Positions 28,618 through 37,876 of a stretch of 64,000 nucleotides of DNA are shown here, piece after piece (position 1 is the stretch's first letter; each line of letters begins with the position of its first letter). A program made the translations under genes and the position numbers. This DNA is from a bacterium (GTDB lineage: Bacteria; Sysuimicrobiota; Sysuimicrobiia; Sysuimicrobiales; Segetimicrobiaceae). The DNA lies in assembly GCA_035307565.1 (NCBI GenBank), contig DATGHZ010000031.1, positions 29,061-93,060 on the forward strand, read 5' to 3'. The notes under the pieces were generated by a model. That model saw nothing but the letters and a program-made list of their open reading frames with translations. It was not told where the DNA came from and did no database searches.

Positions 28618-29427
28618 ATGCGCAAGTACAGGCTGCAGGACATGTCGTGGATGGAGGCGCAGGAGGCGTTCCGCCGCTCCGACACCGTCATCATGCCCGT
28701 GGGGACGCTGCACGGGCACGGGCCGAGCCCGATCGGCATCGATGCCATCTCGGTCGACGCGATCGCGGAGCGGGTGGGCCGGCAGACCGGGATGATGATC
28801 CTGCCGACACTCACCTACGGCGAAGACGACAAGATGCGGGACTATCCCGGCTCGCTCGCGATCAGCCAGAGCACGATGGAGGCGTTCTGCACGGACATCT
28901 GCCGCAGCCTCCGCCACAACGGTACGCGCAAGGTCATCATGCTGAACGGCCACGGCGGCAACCGCGAGCCGCTGACCCGTACCGGCCGCAACGTCCGCGA
29001 TCTGGGGATGCTCGTCGCAATCGTCGAGTGGTGGAACATCACGAAGCGCCTGCAGCCCGAGCTCTGCACGGACGGCACCCACATCGTCGAGCTCGCGGTC
29101 GCGCTCGCGGCGGGCGGAACGGAGATCGCCGACCTCCGGGGCGGGGGCTACAAGGGCGAGTGGGGGACACAGCCCCCGCTGCGAAAGCTGTTCGGCGAGG
29201 CCATCAAGCCCCTCGGGTTCAACAACTTCGAGTTCGGCGGCGCGCCGGTCATCATTCCGGTGGACGCGTGGGACATCGACGTCGCGAGCCCGCCGGAGGT
29301 CGACAAGCGCGACCTCGAGGCGCTGCGGCGGCGGGGCGAGCAGATCATCGATCGCGCCGCCGAGTACGTGATCGCGTTCGCCGCGGAGTTGCAGAAGGTC
29401 GACCCGGCGAGGGCGCTGGCGCAGTAA
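28618..29427 (+). CDS. Creatininase-family amidohydrolase (creatinine amidohydrolase / MftE-like)
   Basis: ATG internal to track ORF 28555..29427; family motifs ...IMPVGTLHGHGP..., ...ISQSTMEAF..., ...MLNGHGGN... Confidence 0.75.
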   Translation: MRKYRLQDMSWMEAQEAFRRSDTVIMPVGTLHGHGPSPIGIDAISVDAIAERVGRQTGMMILPTLTYGEDDKMRDYPGSLAISQSTMEAFCTDICRSLRHNGTRKVIMLNGHGGNREPLTRTGRNVRDLGMLVAIVEWWNITKRLQPELCTDGTHIVELAVALAAGGTEIADLRGGGYKGEWGTQPPLRKLFGEAIKPLGFNNFEFGGAPVIIPVDAWDIDVASPPEVDKRDLEALRRRGEQIIDRAAEYVIAFAAELQKVDPARALAQ

Positions 29428-29553
29428 TCTCGCCTAATTGCCCAAACCGAACAGACTTTCGCCAGGATCGCGGGGCGCGAATACGAAGTCACCAGGTTAC
29501 ATTCGCCGGGCGCGGCCGCGGGTCGCGGCTCAACGCGATGAGGGGGTGTGAGG

Positions 29554-30156
29554 ATGGGCTATAGCGTGGAGGGGCGTTTGCTTGAAGCGTGCTCATGTGC
29601 CGGGCCGTGTCCGTGCTGGGTCGGCGACGATCCGGACGGCGGCACCTGCGATACGGTGGTGTGCTACCACTACGACAAGGGCGAGATCAACGGCGTCAGC
29701 GTGGCGGGTCTCACACTGGCGCTCGTGGCCCACATCCCCGGCAACATCTTGAAGGGCAACTGGAAAGTCGCGGCCCACGTGGACAGCAAGGCGACGCCGC
29801 AGCAGAAAGACGCGATTCTCGCGGCCCATACGGGCAAGCTCGGCGGACCGCTGGGAGACCTCGCGCCGTTGATCGGCGAGGTTGTCGGGGTGTACGACGT
29901 GCCGATCGACTTCAACATCGTCGAGGGCAAGGGGACGCTCCGGATCGGCGATATCGTCTCCGCCGAGATGCAGCCATACACCGACGCGCAGGGCCGGCCG
30001 ACCAAACTCGTCGACTCCATCTTCAGCACCATCCCGGGATCGCCGGCCTACGTCGGCAAGGCGATGAACTTCCGGGTGAATCTACCGAAGCATGACATGA
30101 CATGGGAGTTCAACGGACGCAACGCGGTGCTCGGGCCCTTCAAGTTTGAGGTGTAA
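29554..30156 (+). CDS. DUF1326-family protein (Cys-rich N-terminus)
   Basis: ATG after RBS agggggtg; MGYSVEGRLLEACSCAGPCPCWVGDD... carries the conserved DUF1326 CxC..CPC motif. Confidence 0.7.
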   Translation: MGYSVEGRLLEACSCAGPCPCWVGDDPDGGTCDTVVCYHYDKGEINGVSVAGLTLALVAHIPGNILKGNWKVAAHVDSKATPQQKDAILAAHTGKLGGPLGDLAPLIGEVVGVYDVPIDFNIVEGKGTLRIGDIVSAEMQPYTDAQGRPTKLVDSIFSTIPGSPAYVGKAMNFRVNLPKHDMTWEFNGRNAVLGPFKFEV

Positions 30157-30207
30157 CGGCGCGCCTCGCACGAGGCGGGAGACGTCCGGGCTAGGGCACC
30201 CGCGGCC

Positions 30208-30999
30208 ATGATCGGCGTGGTCCGCACGGCCGACGACCAGCGGTGGTACCGTCTGGCCGTGGGGACGCTGGTGCTGCTGGCGTGGGCCGTGCTCGCCGCC
30301 TGGGGCGCATCGCCGTTCGCCGGACTACTCGACCACCGGGGGATCGGAGGGGGATCGCTCTCCGTCTCCCGGGTGGTCGTGTTCGTGGCCGGGTGGACCC
30401 TCATGGTGATCGCCATGATGCTGCCCGGCAGCCTGCCGCTGATCAACCTCTTCTCCCGGATGGCCGCCGCGCGCTCCGGTGGGCCGTCGCTGGTGGCGCG
30501 GCTCGTCCTCGGCTATCTCGGTGTGTGGGCCGCCTTCGGCGCGGCCGCGTTCCGGGCCGACGCGTACGTGCACGCCGCGGTCGCGCGCACCCCGGCGGTG
30601 GCCCAGGCATCGGAGTGGATCGGCGTCGCGGTTCTGCTGGTAGCCGGTGTCTACCAAGTGACGCCCCTCAAGGACATGTGCCTCACCAAGTGCCGGTCGC
30701 CCTACTTATTTCTCGCCGAACACTGGCGAGGCCACACGCCCGCCCGGGACGCGCTGGCGTTGGGCGCGCGGCACGGGCTCTTTTGCGTCGGCTGCTGCTG
30801 GACGCTCATGCTGCTCATGTTCGCCGTGGGCGGCGTGAACTTGGGCTGGATGCTGGCGCTCGGCGCGCTGATGGCGGCCGAACGGTCGTTCCGCTGGGGC
30901 CGCCACCTCACGGTGCCCGTGGGCGCGGCGTGTCTGCTCGCCGCGATCGGTCTCGTCTACCGCGTGCCGTTGATCGCCGGGGTGTTTCGCGGCTCGTAG
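30208..30999 (+). CDS. DUF2182-family integral membrane protein (predicted metal-binding)
   Basis: Track ORF, 263 aa, about 6 TM; conserved ...LKDMCLTKCRSP... and ...FCVGCCW... motifs. Typically partners DUF1326. Confidence 0.7.
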   Translation: MIGVVRTADDQRWYRLAVGTLVLLAWAVLAAWGASPFAGLLDHRGIGGGSLSVSRVVVFVAGWTLMVIAMMLPGSLPLINLFSRMAAARSGGPSLVARLVLGYLGVWAAFGAAAFRADAYVHAAVARTPAVAQASEWIGVAVLLVAGVYQVTPLKDMCLTKCRSPYLFLAEHWRGHTPARDALALGARHGLFCVGCCWTLMLLMFAVGGVNLGWMLALGALMAAERSFRWGRHLTVPVGAACLLAAIGLVYRVPLIAGVFRGS

Positions 31000-31029
31000 G
31001 AATTTTGGGCCCGGCGGGGCGGCCGGCGA

Positions 31030-31578
31030 TCAGCCGGCCTGGTCGAGCTTTTTGCCGATCCGCTTCACGCTGCCGTTTCTCCCGAACACCAGCAGCTGCG
31101 TGCCCCGCATGGCGCCGAAGATCACGTTCATCCATCCCTTGTCGAGATGCGGGATCATCGCCTCGTCGACGATGACCATGTCGGCGTCCCGGCAGCCGGC
31201 GGTCAGCGCCGCGTGCTGTCCTTCGAACACGATCACGTTGTGGCCGACGTAGCCGAGGCCCATGACATAGCCGAGGAAGGGAATCGCCTTCGACATACTG
31301 GCCATCGTCGGCTCGAACCGCGTGAAGGCGATCACGGCGATGTTGGACGGGCTGTGCGGAGGCGCGATTCTCTGGATCGCCTGGACGGAATTCGGGTCCA
31401 TCGAGCCGGGCCGCGGGCAGGGTTGGATGAACGTGGCGCGGCCTGGCGTGACCACGACGATGTAGCGCTGGCCGGCCGGCGCGGCGGTCAGCGTGGCGAT
31501 GTCCGGCCCTTCCGACGCGAGGCGCCAGGCTTTCTTGAGCCGCTCCTCGATGTCGGCAGGGCTGTCGACCTGCGGCAT
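31030..31578 (-). CDS. Hypothetical protein (182 aa), co-oriented immediately downstream of the large secreted protein
   Basis: Track ORF; no recognisable motif. 133 nt downstream of 31713..34076 on the same strand. Confidence 0.5.
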   Translation of the reverse strand: MPQVDSPADIEERLKKAWRLASEGPDIATLTAAPAGQRYIVVVTPGRATFIQPCPRPGSMDPNSVQAIQRIAPPHSPSNIAVIAFTRFEPTMASMSKAIPFLGYVMGLGYVGHNVIVFEGQHAALTAGCRDADMVIVDEAMIPHLDKGWMNVIFGAMRGTQLLVFGRNGSVKRIGKKLDQAG

Positions 31579-31712
31579 GGCCCCCGTACCGTCAGGTTGT
31601 ATGCGCCTCGCCTCCTCATGCGCAAAATGCCCAATGCGGAGTCTTCCCGGACATTCGGCGGGCGTCGCGGCCTAATCGGTTTCAAGATGGCGCGTGGGAA
31701 CGCGCGAAGACG

Positions 31713-34076
31713 TTACTTGTGGTACGCGATGATTTTCACATCCGGGGTCATGTAATTAGCGCCGAGGAAGACGGCCAGCAGCACCGTATAGTCCCCGCGG
31801 CGGAGTCCCTCCGCGGGGTCGAAGGAATAGACGCCGTCCCGGGGCCCCGGCGCCGTTCCGGCCCTGACGACGCTGCCGTCCCGCGCCACGACGATGTAGC
31901 GGCAGACCGGATTCACATCGTCGTACGCGCCTGACGTGTTGCTGCCGAGCGCCTCCGTGACGATCTTGTAGTACCGGTCGTACTTAAACAATCGTTCCAC
32001 GTCAGGCCGGAACTCGATCCGGCCGCCGCGGATCAGCACCGTCCGGATGAACGCGCGCCGCGGATAGACTTGTTTGTCGAACGAACCGACCCCCAGCGGA
32101 TAACTGAGGTCGCGGAAGACGCCCAGGACGGCGCCCGTGCGCGACCACGACTGGAGCCGGTAGGGGCCGTTCGTGACCAGAAAATGGTGGCGGTCCCGGT
32201 AGAAGGCCCCGAGGGCCCGCCACCGTTTCCGTGCCTCGCCGGCCGTCACCCAGCCACGGAGGGCTTCGGGGACGTAGCCGCTCGCCGCGAACTGGTCGAC
32301 GAGGCGCGCCAGTTCGGCCGCCTGCGCGGGCGCACGGACGAGATCGAGGACGGGTACGCCGAGGCGCCCGGCCGCGCCGGATGAAAGCGCACCGATGCCC
32401 CGGCGGGCGGCTTCGTCCATCAGCGCGAGCACGTGCCAGGGCACCGTGCTCCACGGCATCGCCACGAGCGGCGTGTATGGACCGGCCGTTCCGTAGGCGA
32501 GGTACACTTGCACGATCGGCACGTCGTAGCGCAGCTGCAGGTCGGCGCCGAGGTTCAGCACGGCCTTGTCGACGCGGACGACTTTGATGCCGCGGAGAAA
32601 TCTTCGGACGAGCGCGCTGTCCCGTCCGACGGCCGGGTCGTATGCTCTCGCCTTCTGGTCCGCGGTCTCCCCCCATCGATACGCGAAGGCGAACGGATAG
32701 AGGACATCCGCGGTCGTCATCGTCGTGCCGTCGTGAAAGGCCGACGCGAGGACCCGGTATTCGACCATGTCGGCGGCCCGCCGGCCCGCGCCTACCCGAT
32801 CAAAGGCACCCGTGCCCGGATGCGGCAGCAGCGCGTCGGCGGGAATGTCGATCTCATGCCGCGACCCGCCGGGAGCGGGGACGCCCCCAAACACCCGCTG
32901 GAACTTCACGCTCCAGGTCTGCCAGGTCCCGATGCGATTGGCGATCCACCCGCCCCCGTAGGGCGCGGGCAGCATCGCCGGATCTCCCACGGCCGCCCAG
33001 AGCAGCTGTCCGAATGAATCCGTGAAGCCGGCCACCGGGTTCCACGGCGCGGCCGCGGAACCGGCCACGCCCAACCGCAGCACGCCGTTCCACGGAAAGT
33101 CTTTCAGCTTGGCCGTGCGGACGAAGATCCCGGAGTCGAACCCGTCGTAGGCATCGAAGCCGATGTTCTCCACGCCCGGCGAATACGCGCTGCTGTAGTA
33201 TTCGCGCCGCGTCGTGTACCCGACGACGGCGCGTTCGCAGCCGCTTTGGAGCAGGGACACGAGCCGGCGCTGCAGCCCGACGGTGTCGGCCTCGCTCTGC
33301 CCGGACCCGCCGTCCGTCAGCCGGCCGTAGATGCGCTCGACCTCCGAGCGGGTCCCTCGATCGGTCACGCCGGCCGACATCAGCAAATACGCGTCGAACC
33401 ACCCTTCCTCGAGCCACGGCGGGCCGATCCACCCCACAAACCCCGTCGTGTGCGGGCCCAACAGATCGCGCACCGGGACTGTCTCGACGCGGACGTCCCA
33501 CGCCGCCGCGCCGCCCGTTGGGTCGGCCGCCCTTCCGAGCAGCGCGGCCGCCGTGGTTCCACTCACCGCGACCGGCAGCCCCTCGAGGCCCGCGCCGGCC
33601 GGCACGGAGAATTGGCGCCGCGCCGCGGCCGCCAGATCGGCGTGCGCCAGATAGTCGGCATGGTACGGTGTCACCGGGTATGGGGCAAAGACGAACGCGC
33701 CGGGGCGCGCCTTCCGCGCCATTTGCGATTCGATCGCGGCCGCCACACGCCGGGTTGCGGCGCAGCGCGCGTCGCGATCCTTGAGCCGCTTCGGATTGGC
33801 GGTCAGGACGACGTAGGCGTCGAGCGATTCGACGGGTGTGACGTTGGCGGGCACGGGACCGTCGGCGTAGGGATCGCCGCCGACGAAGGCCTGGATCGAC
33901 GCGTGGGCAAGCGGGCCCGCCGCCGCGGCCGGCGTCATCGTTTCGATCCTGATTTCGTGCGGGTAATACGACGGGTCAAACGGCGACTCGTGCCCCGCCT
34001 GTGCCGGCACGGCGACGGCCAACACGAGCAGCGCCGCGCGGGCCCACCACGTGGGATGGTTATGCGCGCGGCGCAC
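31713..34076 (-). CDS. Large secreted protein, distantly SBP_bac_5 (peptide/nickel-type substrate-binding) -like; no linked permease
   Basis: Track ORF, 787 aa; signal peptide MRRAHNHPTWWARAALLVLAVAVPAQA; ...NGPYRLQSW... resembles the family-5 SBP GPY motif. Confidence 0.55.
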   Translation of the reverse strand: MRRAHNHPTWWARAALLVLAVAVPAQAGHESPFDPSYYPHEIRIETMTPAAAAGPLAHASIQAFVGGDPYADGPVPANVTPVESLDAYVVLTANPKRLKDRDARCAATRRVAAAIESQMARKARPGAFVFAPYPVTPYHADYLAHADLAAAARRQFSVPAGAGLEGLPVAVSGTTAAALLGRAADPTGGAAAWDVRVETVPVRDLLGPHTTGFVGWIGPPWLEEGWFDAYLLMSAGVTDRGTRSEVERIYGRLTDGGSGQSEADTVGLQRRLVSLLQSGCERAVVGYTTRREYYSSAYSPGVENIGFDAYDGFDSGIFVRTAKLKDFPWNGVLRLGVAGSAAAPWNPVAGFTDSFGQLLWAAVGDPAMLPAPYGGGWIANRIGTWQTWSVKFQRVFGGVPAPGGSRHEIDIPADALLPHPGTGAFDRVGAGRRAADMVEYRVLASAFHDGTTMTTADVLYPFAFAYRWGETADQKARAYDPAVGRDSALVRRFLRGIKVVRVDKAVLNLGADLQLRYDVPIVQVYLAYGTAGPYTPLVAMPWSTVPWHVLALMDEAARRGIGALSSGAAGRLGVPVLDLVRAPAQAAELARLVDQFAASGYVPEALRGWVTAGEARKRWRALGAFYRDRHHFLVTNGPYRLQSWSRTGAVLGVFRDLSYPLGVGSFDKQVYPRRAFIRTVLIRGGRIEFRPDVERLFKYDRYYKIVTEALGSNTSGAYDDVNPVCRYIVVARDGSVVRAGTAPGPRDGVYSFDPAEGLRRGDYTVLLAVFLGANYMTPDVKIIAYHK

Positions 34077-34147
34077 GGTTCATCGGGTGAAGAAAACAGC
34101 GGGAGCCGCGAGGATGCCGCGGCCCCCGCCAGGGAAGCGTTCGATCG

Positions 34148-35521
34148 CTAGCCCGTAACCTTCGGCCAGGTCTTGTTGATCCAGTCCGACGTCCGCGTGT
34201 CGTCGCCCTTGGGCGCGGGCCAACCAGGCGGCGCGGTGATGCCGCGGATCGGGATCGTGATGACGCGGCTCGTGTCCATCGTCTGGAACGGATAGTTCGG
34301 GTAGTTCTTGGTGAACCCGGTCATCGCGTCCTTGTAGCCCTGGTGATTATCGGGACGGATGTACACGTACCCGCCGGGTCCGCTGTAGCCGAGGCCCTCG
34401 AGCTGGCCGATGATTGCCTCATCCTCCGGCCAGCCGCCGGTCAACTTGTTGGCCTTCTCAATCGCCGTCCTGAGCACGTTCATGGCGGTGTACGCGCCCT
34501 CGGCCTGGAAGTTCGGGTATTCCTTCCAGCGCGCGTAGTAGGCCCTGACGAACGTGTTGTTGAGCGGCCAGCGGTTTCCGGCAGGGAACGTGAAGTAGTA
34601 GTTCGCGTGGCAGCCGCCGATCACGCCCTCGGGGTGATCCTTGCCGATCGCCTGCGGGGCGACGCCGAGCGCGAGCGTGGTGGCGTACTTCATCTTCTTG
34701 TACAGGCCGTATCCCAGCGCCTGCTTGTAGAACGCGATGTAGTCGCCGCCCCAGACCGACGTGAACAGGATGTCCGGTTTCGCCGAGATGGCCTTGGTGA
34801 TGTGCGCGGCGAAGTCCGTGGTCCCCAGTTTGGGCCATCCCTCCATCACGACCTGGGACCCGGGCAGCAGCTTTTCGCTCACGATCCGCACATGCTGGAA
34901 GGCGTTCCGGCCGTACGCGTAGTCGGGGTGGATGTGCGCGATCCGGCGGACCTCGGGATACGTCTGCACCATCGCGAGCGCCGCGGTCACGCCGTCGGCC
35001 GACTGGATGTTGGTGATCCGGAAGATGTACTTCGGTTCGGGCACGGCCTTGTCGAACAGAAAGTCCGTGCAACCGTCGACGAAAATCGTGAGCACCTTGA
35101 GTTCTTCGGCGACGGGACCGAGCGCCGGCGTGTTGCCGCTGGACGTGATCCCCGTGAAGAAATCGATCTTCTCCGAGACCTTCAGCCGCCGGAGTTCTTT
35201 GACGTTCGCGTCCGTGCCGGCGTTTTCGTCGGCCTTGATGATGTCGATCTTGCGCTTGCCGAGGAGGCCGCCCTTTGCGTTGATCTCATCCGCGGCGAGG
35301 ACGGTGCCCTTGTACATCGGTTCGCCGAGGACCGCGGCGGGGCCCGAGAAGAACGTCATCTGGCCGACCTTGTAGGGCGTGTCGGGAATCTTGCCGGCCG
35401 GGGTCTGCGCTTCCGCGGCTCCCGGCGCTGTCAGTCCGGCTGCGCCGCCCAGTGCCGCCGCCCCGATGGCCGCGGCGCCGACCGTGATCCCCATTTGTTC
35501 GAAGAATTCTCGACGACTCAC
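34148..35521 (-). CDS. Branched-chain amino acid ABC transporter substrate-binding protein (LivJ/LivK family), Tat signal
   Basis: GTG with RBS aaggaag internal to track ORF 34148..35581: VSRREFFEQMGITVGAAAIGAAALG... twin-arginine signal; periplasmic-binding type I fold. Confidence 0.85.
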   Translation of the reverse strand: MSRREFFEQMGITVGAAAIGAAALGGAAGLTAPGAAEAQTPAGKIPDTPYKVGQMTFFSGPAAVLGEPMYKGTVLAADEINAKGGLLGKRKIDIIKADENAGTDANVKELRRLKVSEKIDFFTGITSSGNTPALGPVAEELKVLTIFVDGCTDFLFDKAVPEPKYIFRITNIQSADGVTAALAMVQTYPEVRRIAHIHPDYAYGRNAFQHVRIVSEKLLPGSQVVMEGWPKLGTTDFAAHITKAISAKPDILFTSVWGGDYIAFYKQALGYGLYKKMKYATTLALGVAPQAIGKDHPEGVIGGCHANYYFTFPAGNRWPLNNTFVRAYYARWKEYPNFQAEGAYTAMNVLRTAIEKANKLTGGWPEDEAIIGQLEGLGYSGPGGYVYIRPDNHQGYKDAMTGFTKNYPNYPFQTMDTSRVITIPIRGITAPPGWPAPKGDDTRTSDWINKTWPKVTG

Positions 35522-35644
35522 TTCCTTCTTATTAATGTCCGCCAAGCTTCCCCACCCCCTAATGTGCCGCGCCGATCCCATGTGGAAATCCGAACATTAA
35601 TCAGCCGCAACCGTCTATGTTAGCCGCGTTCACAAGGGGTTCCT

Positions 35645-36379
35645 TTATGCCGGCGCGGTTCCGGGGCGCGCGCGACTCACGGCCGGCGTGCCGGCCGGGC
35701 CGGCGGTCTCCGCCCGATTGATCAACCACGCGAGCGCCAGGACGGCCAGCGTTATCCCGATCAGCACGGCGAGGCTCGCCACGTGCGAGATGGTGGCTAA
35801 GAGCGCGAGCGTACCGCTGGTCAAGCCTTGGAAGGCGAGCCCGAGGACCGGGAGGATCGGCGCGCCACACCCCGCGACCCCGCAGGGAGACGTAAACAGC
35901 CCCAGCGTGCTGAGCACCGCGCCGGCGGCCCCGCCGCGTCCGCCCTGCGCGGCCGTCCAGCCTCGGCCCTCGAACACACGCCGGCGGCGGGCGTAGAACC
36001 AGAGCGCGAAATAGGCGCCGAACACGGCGCCCATATAGAGCCACCGGACGACGTCGGGCGGACTCGCCGAGAAGCCCCACTCGGGCTCATCGTACGGACT
36101 GCTGGCGATGAACCAAAAGAGCGCGACGTTGGTCAGGAACTCGATCTTGCGTGCGAACGGCACGGCCGGGGACATCGCCCACGCCGGGGCGTGCTTCAGC
36201 CACGGGTTGAAGGAGAAATGGTCGAACGGCTTGCGGAAGACGGTCAACACCACGACGGGCAGGAAGAGGTCCAGCGCGACGACGGCCAGCGCGACGCCGG
36301 CGAAGAGAAGCGGGCGCGCCCCGATGGCACGTCCGATCGTCACCAGGGTCCCCGAGAGGCCGCGCACGACGCCCAGCAT
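35645..36379 (-). CDS. Unknown integral membrane protein embedded in the liv operon
   Basis: Track ORF, 244 aa, 5-6 hydrophobic segments; CGVAGC (CxxxxC) motif; no family assigned. Lies between livF and the SBP gene. Confidence 0.55.
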   Translation of the reverse strand: MLGVVRGLSGTLVTIGRAIGARPLLFAGVALAVVALDLFLPVVVLTVFRKPFDHFSFNPWLKHAPAWAMSPAVPFARKIEFLTNVALFWFIASSPYDEPEWGFSASPPDVVRWLYMGAVFGAYFALWFYARRRRVFEGRGWTAAQGGRGGAAGAVLSTLGLFTSPCGVAGCGAPILPVLGLAFQGLTSGTLALLATISHVASLAVLIGITLAVLALAWLINRAETAGPAGTPAVSRARPGTAPA

Positions 36380-36391
36380 GGCTCCCCCCTG

Positions 36392-37126
36392 TCAGCCGCG
36401 GATCATCTGCATGACGGACTCGTTCGCGAACACGTCCGCGGGAGCGCCCTGAAAGACGATCTCCCCGCGGTCGATGACGTAGAGGCGGTCCGCGACTTTG
36501 GCCGCGCTCGCGACGTTGGATTCGGCGATCAGCATAGAAATGCCCATGTCCTTGATCTTGCGGACCGCGTCGGCGAATCTGTTTACCACGACGGGCGCCA
36601 GGCCCTCGAAGGCCTCGTCGAGCAGCAGCACCGAGGGCAGCAGCGACATCGAGCGCGCGATCGCGACCATCTTCTTCTCACCGCCGCTGAGGTGCAGCCC
36701 CTTGCGGGGCAGGAGGCGGCGCAGTTCGGGGAAGAGCTCGTCGATCGCGTCGCTGTGCCGCGTGGCGGCGCCGTTTGCGGCGCGCGCGGCCGCGGTCCCC
36801 GCGAGCCAGGTTCCGAGGCGGAGATGCTCCGCCACGGTGAGGTCCGGAAAGATCCCGCAGTCGTCCGGCGCGTACCCGATGCCCAGGCGGGCGCGCACGT
36901 GCGGCGGGGTAGCCGTGATCTCACGCCCGTGATACCTGACCTCGCCCGAGCGGACCGGGAGCAGCCCCATGAGGCTCTCCATCGTCGTCGTCTTGCCGGC
37001 GCCGTTCCGTCCCACGAGACACACGGTTTCGCCGCTGTGCACCGCCAGCGACAGGTTGCGCAGCACGTGCGCCGGCCCGCGGTAGGTGTTGACGTTGTGG
37101 AGCGCGAGGACCGTGCCCTCCGTCAT
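36392..37126 (-). CDS. livF: Branched-chain amino acid ABC transporter ATP-binding protein LivF
   Basis: ATG internal to track ORF 36392..37456: MTEGTVLALHNVNTYRGPAHVLRNLSLAVHSGETVCLVGRNGAGKTT...; overlaps livG (ATGA). Confidence 0.88.
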   Translation of the reverse strand: MTEGTVLALHNVNTYRGPAHVLRNLSLAVHSGETVCLVGRNGAGKTTTMESLMGLLPVRSGEVRYHGREITATPPHVRARLGIGYAPDDCGIFPDLTVAEHLRLGTWLAGTAAARAANGAATRHSDAIDELFPELRRLLPRKGLHLSGGEKKMVAIARSMSLLPSVLLLDEAFEGLAPVVVNRFADAVRKIKDMGISMLIAESNVASAAKVADRLYVIDRGEIVFQGAPADVFANESVMQMIRG

Positions 37127-37875
37127 ACGGCCGTCCTGCCCAGCATCGTCGCGACCCGTTCGTCCCGCACGATCTCGCCGGGCGCGCCGGCAGCAAAGAC
37201 GCGTCCCTCGTGCATCATGACGATGCTGTCCGAGTATTTGAAGACGATGTCCATGTCGTGCTCCACGATGACCGCGCTGAGCCCGCGCGACCGGACGACG
37301 GACGCGATCCGGTCCATGATCCGGCCCTTCTCGCGCGTGCCGACGCCGCTGGTGGGCTCGTCGAGGAGGATGAGCCTCGGTCGCAGCGCGTATGCCAGCG
37401 CCACGTCGAGCAGCTTGCGCTCCCCCTGGGCAAGTCCGCCGGCCGCCACGTTCCATTTGTCCGCGAGGCCGAAGTCGGCGAGCACGCCCCGGGCCTCCTC
37501 CTCGGCCTCCCGGTCGCTATCGGCGAGGCGCAGCGCCCGGTGCGTCTTGTTCTCGCGTGTAAACACCGCGAGACGCACGTTGTCCAGCACCGTCATGAGG
37601 TCGAACAGGTTCACGAGCTGGAAACTGCGCGCGATGCCGGCCTTGATCCGGCCGAAGACCGGCAGCGTGGTCACGTCGCGCCCGGCGAAGACAATCGTGC
37701 CCTCGTCCGGCGTGAGCAGACCCGTGATGAGATTCACGAGCGTGGTCTTGCCGGCGCCGTTCGAGCCGACGATCGCCACGAGGCGTTCCGGCTCCACAAA
37801 AAAGTCCACACCGTCGACGGCCCGGTTGTCGCCGAACGATTTGCGGAGTCCCTGTGCGGCGAGGAGTGGGGGCAC
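37123..37875 (-). CDS. livG: Branched-chain amino acid ABC transporter ATP-binding protein LivG
   Basis: Track ORF, 250 aa; Walker A GSNGAGKTT. Confidence 0.9.
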   Translation of the reverse strand: MPPLLAAQGLRKSFGDNRAVDGVDFFVEPERLVAIVGSNGAGKTTLVNLITGLLTPDEGTIVFAGRDVTTLPVFGRIKAGIARSFQLVNLFDLMTVLDNVRLAVFTRENKTHRALRLADSDREAEEEARGVLADFGLADKWNVAAGGLAQGERKLLDVALAYALRPRLILLDEPTSGVGTREKGRIMDRIASVVRSRGLSAVIVEHDMDIVFKYSDSIVMMHEGRVFAAGAPGEIVRDERVATMLGRTAV

Positions 37876-37876
37876 G

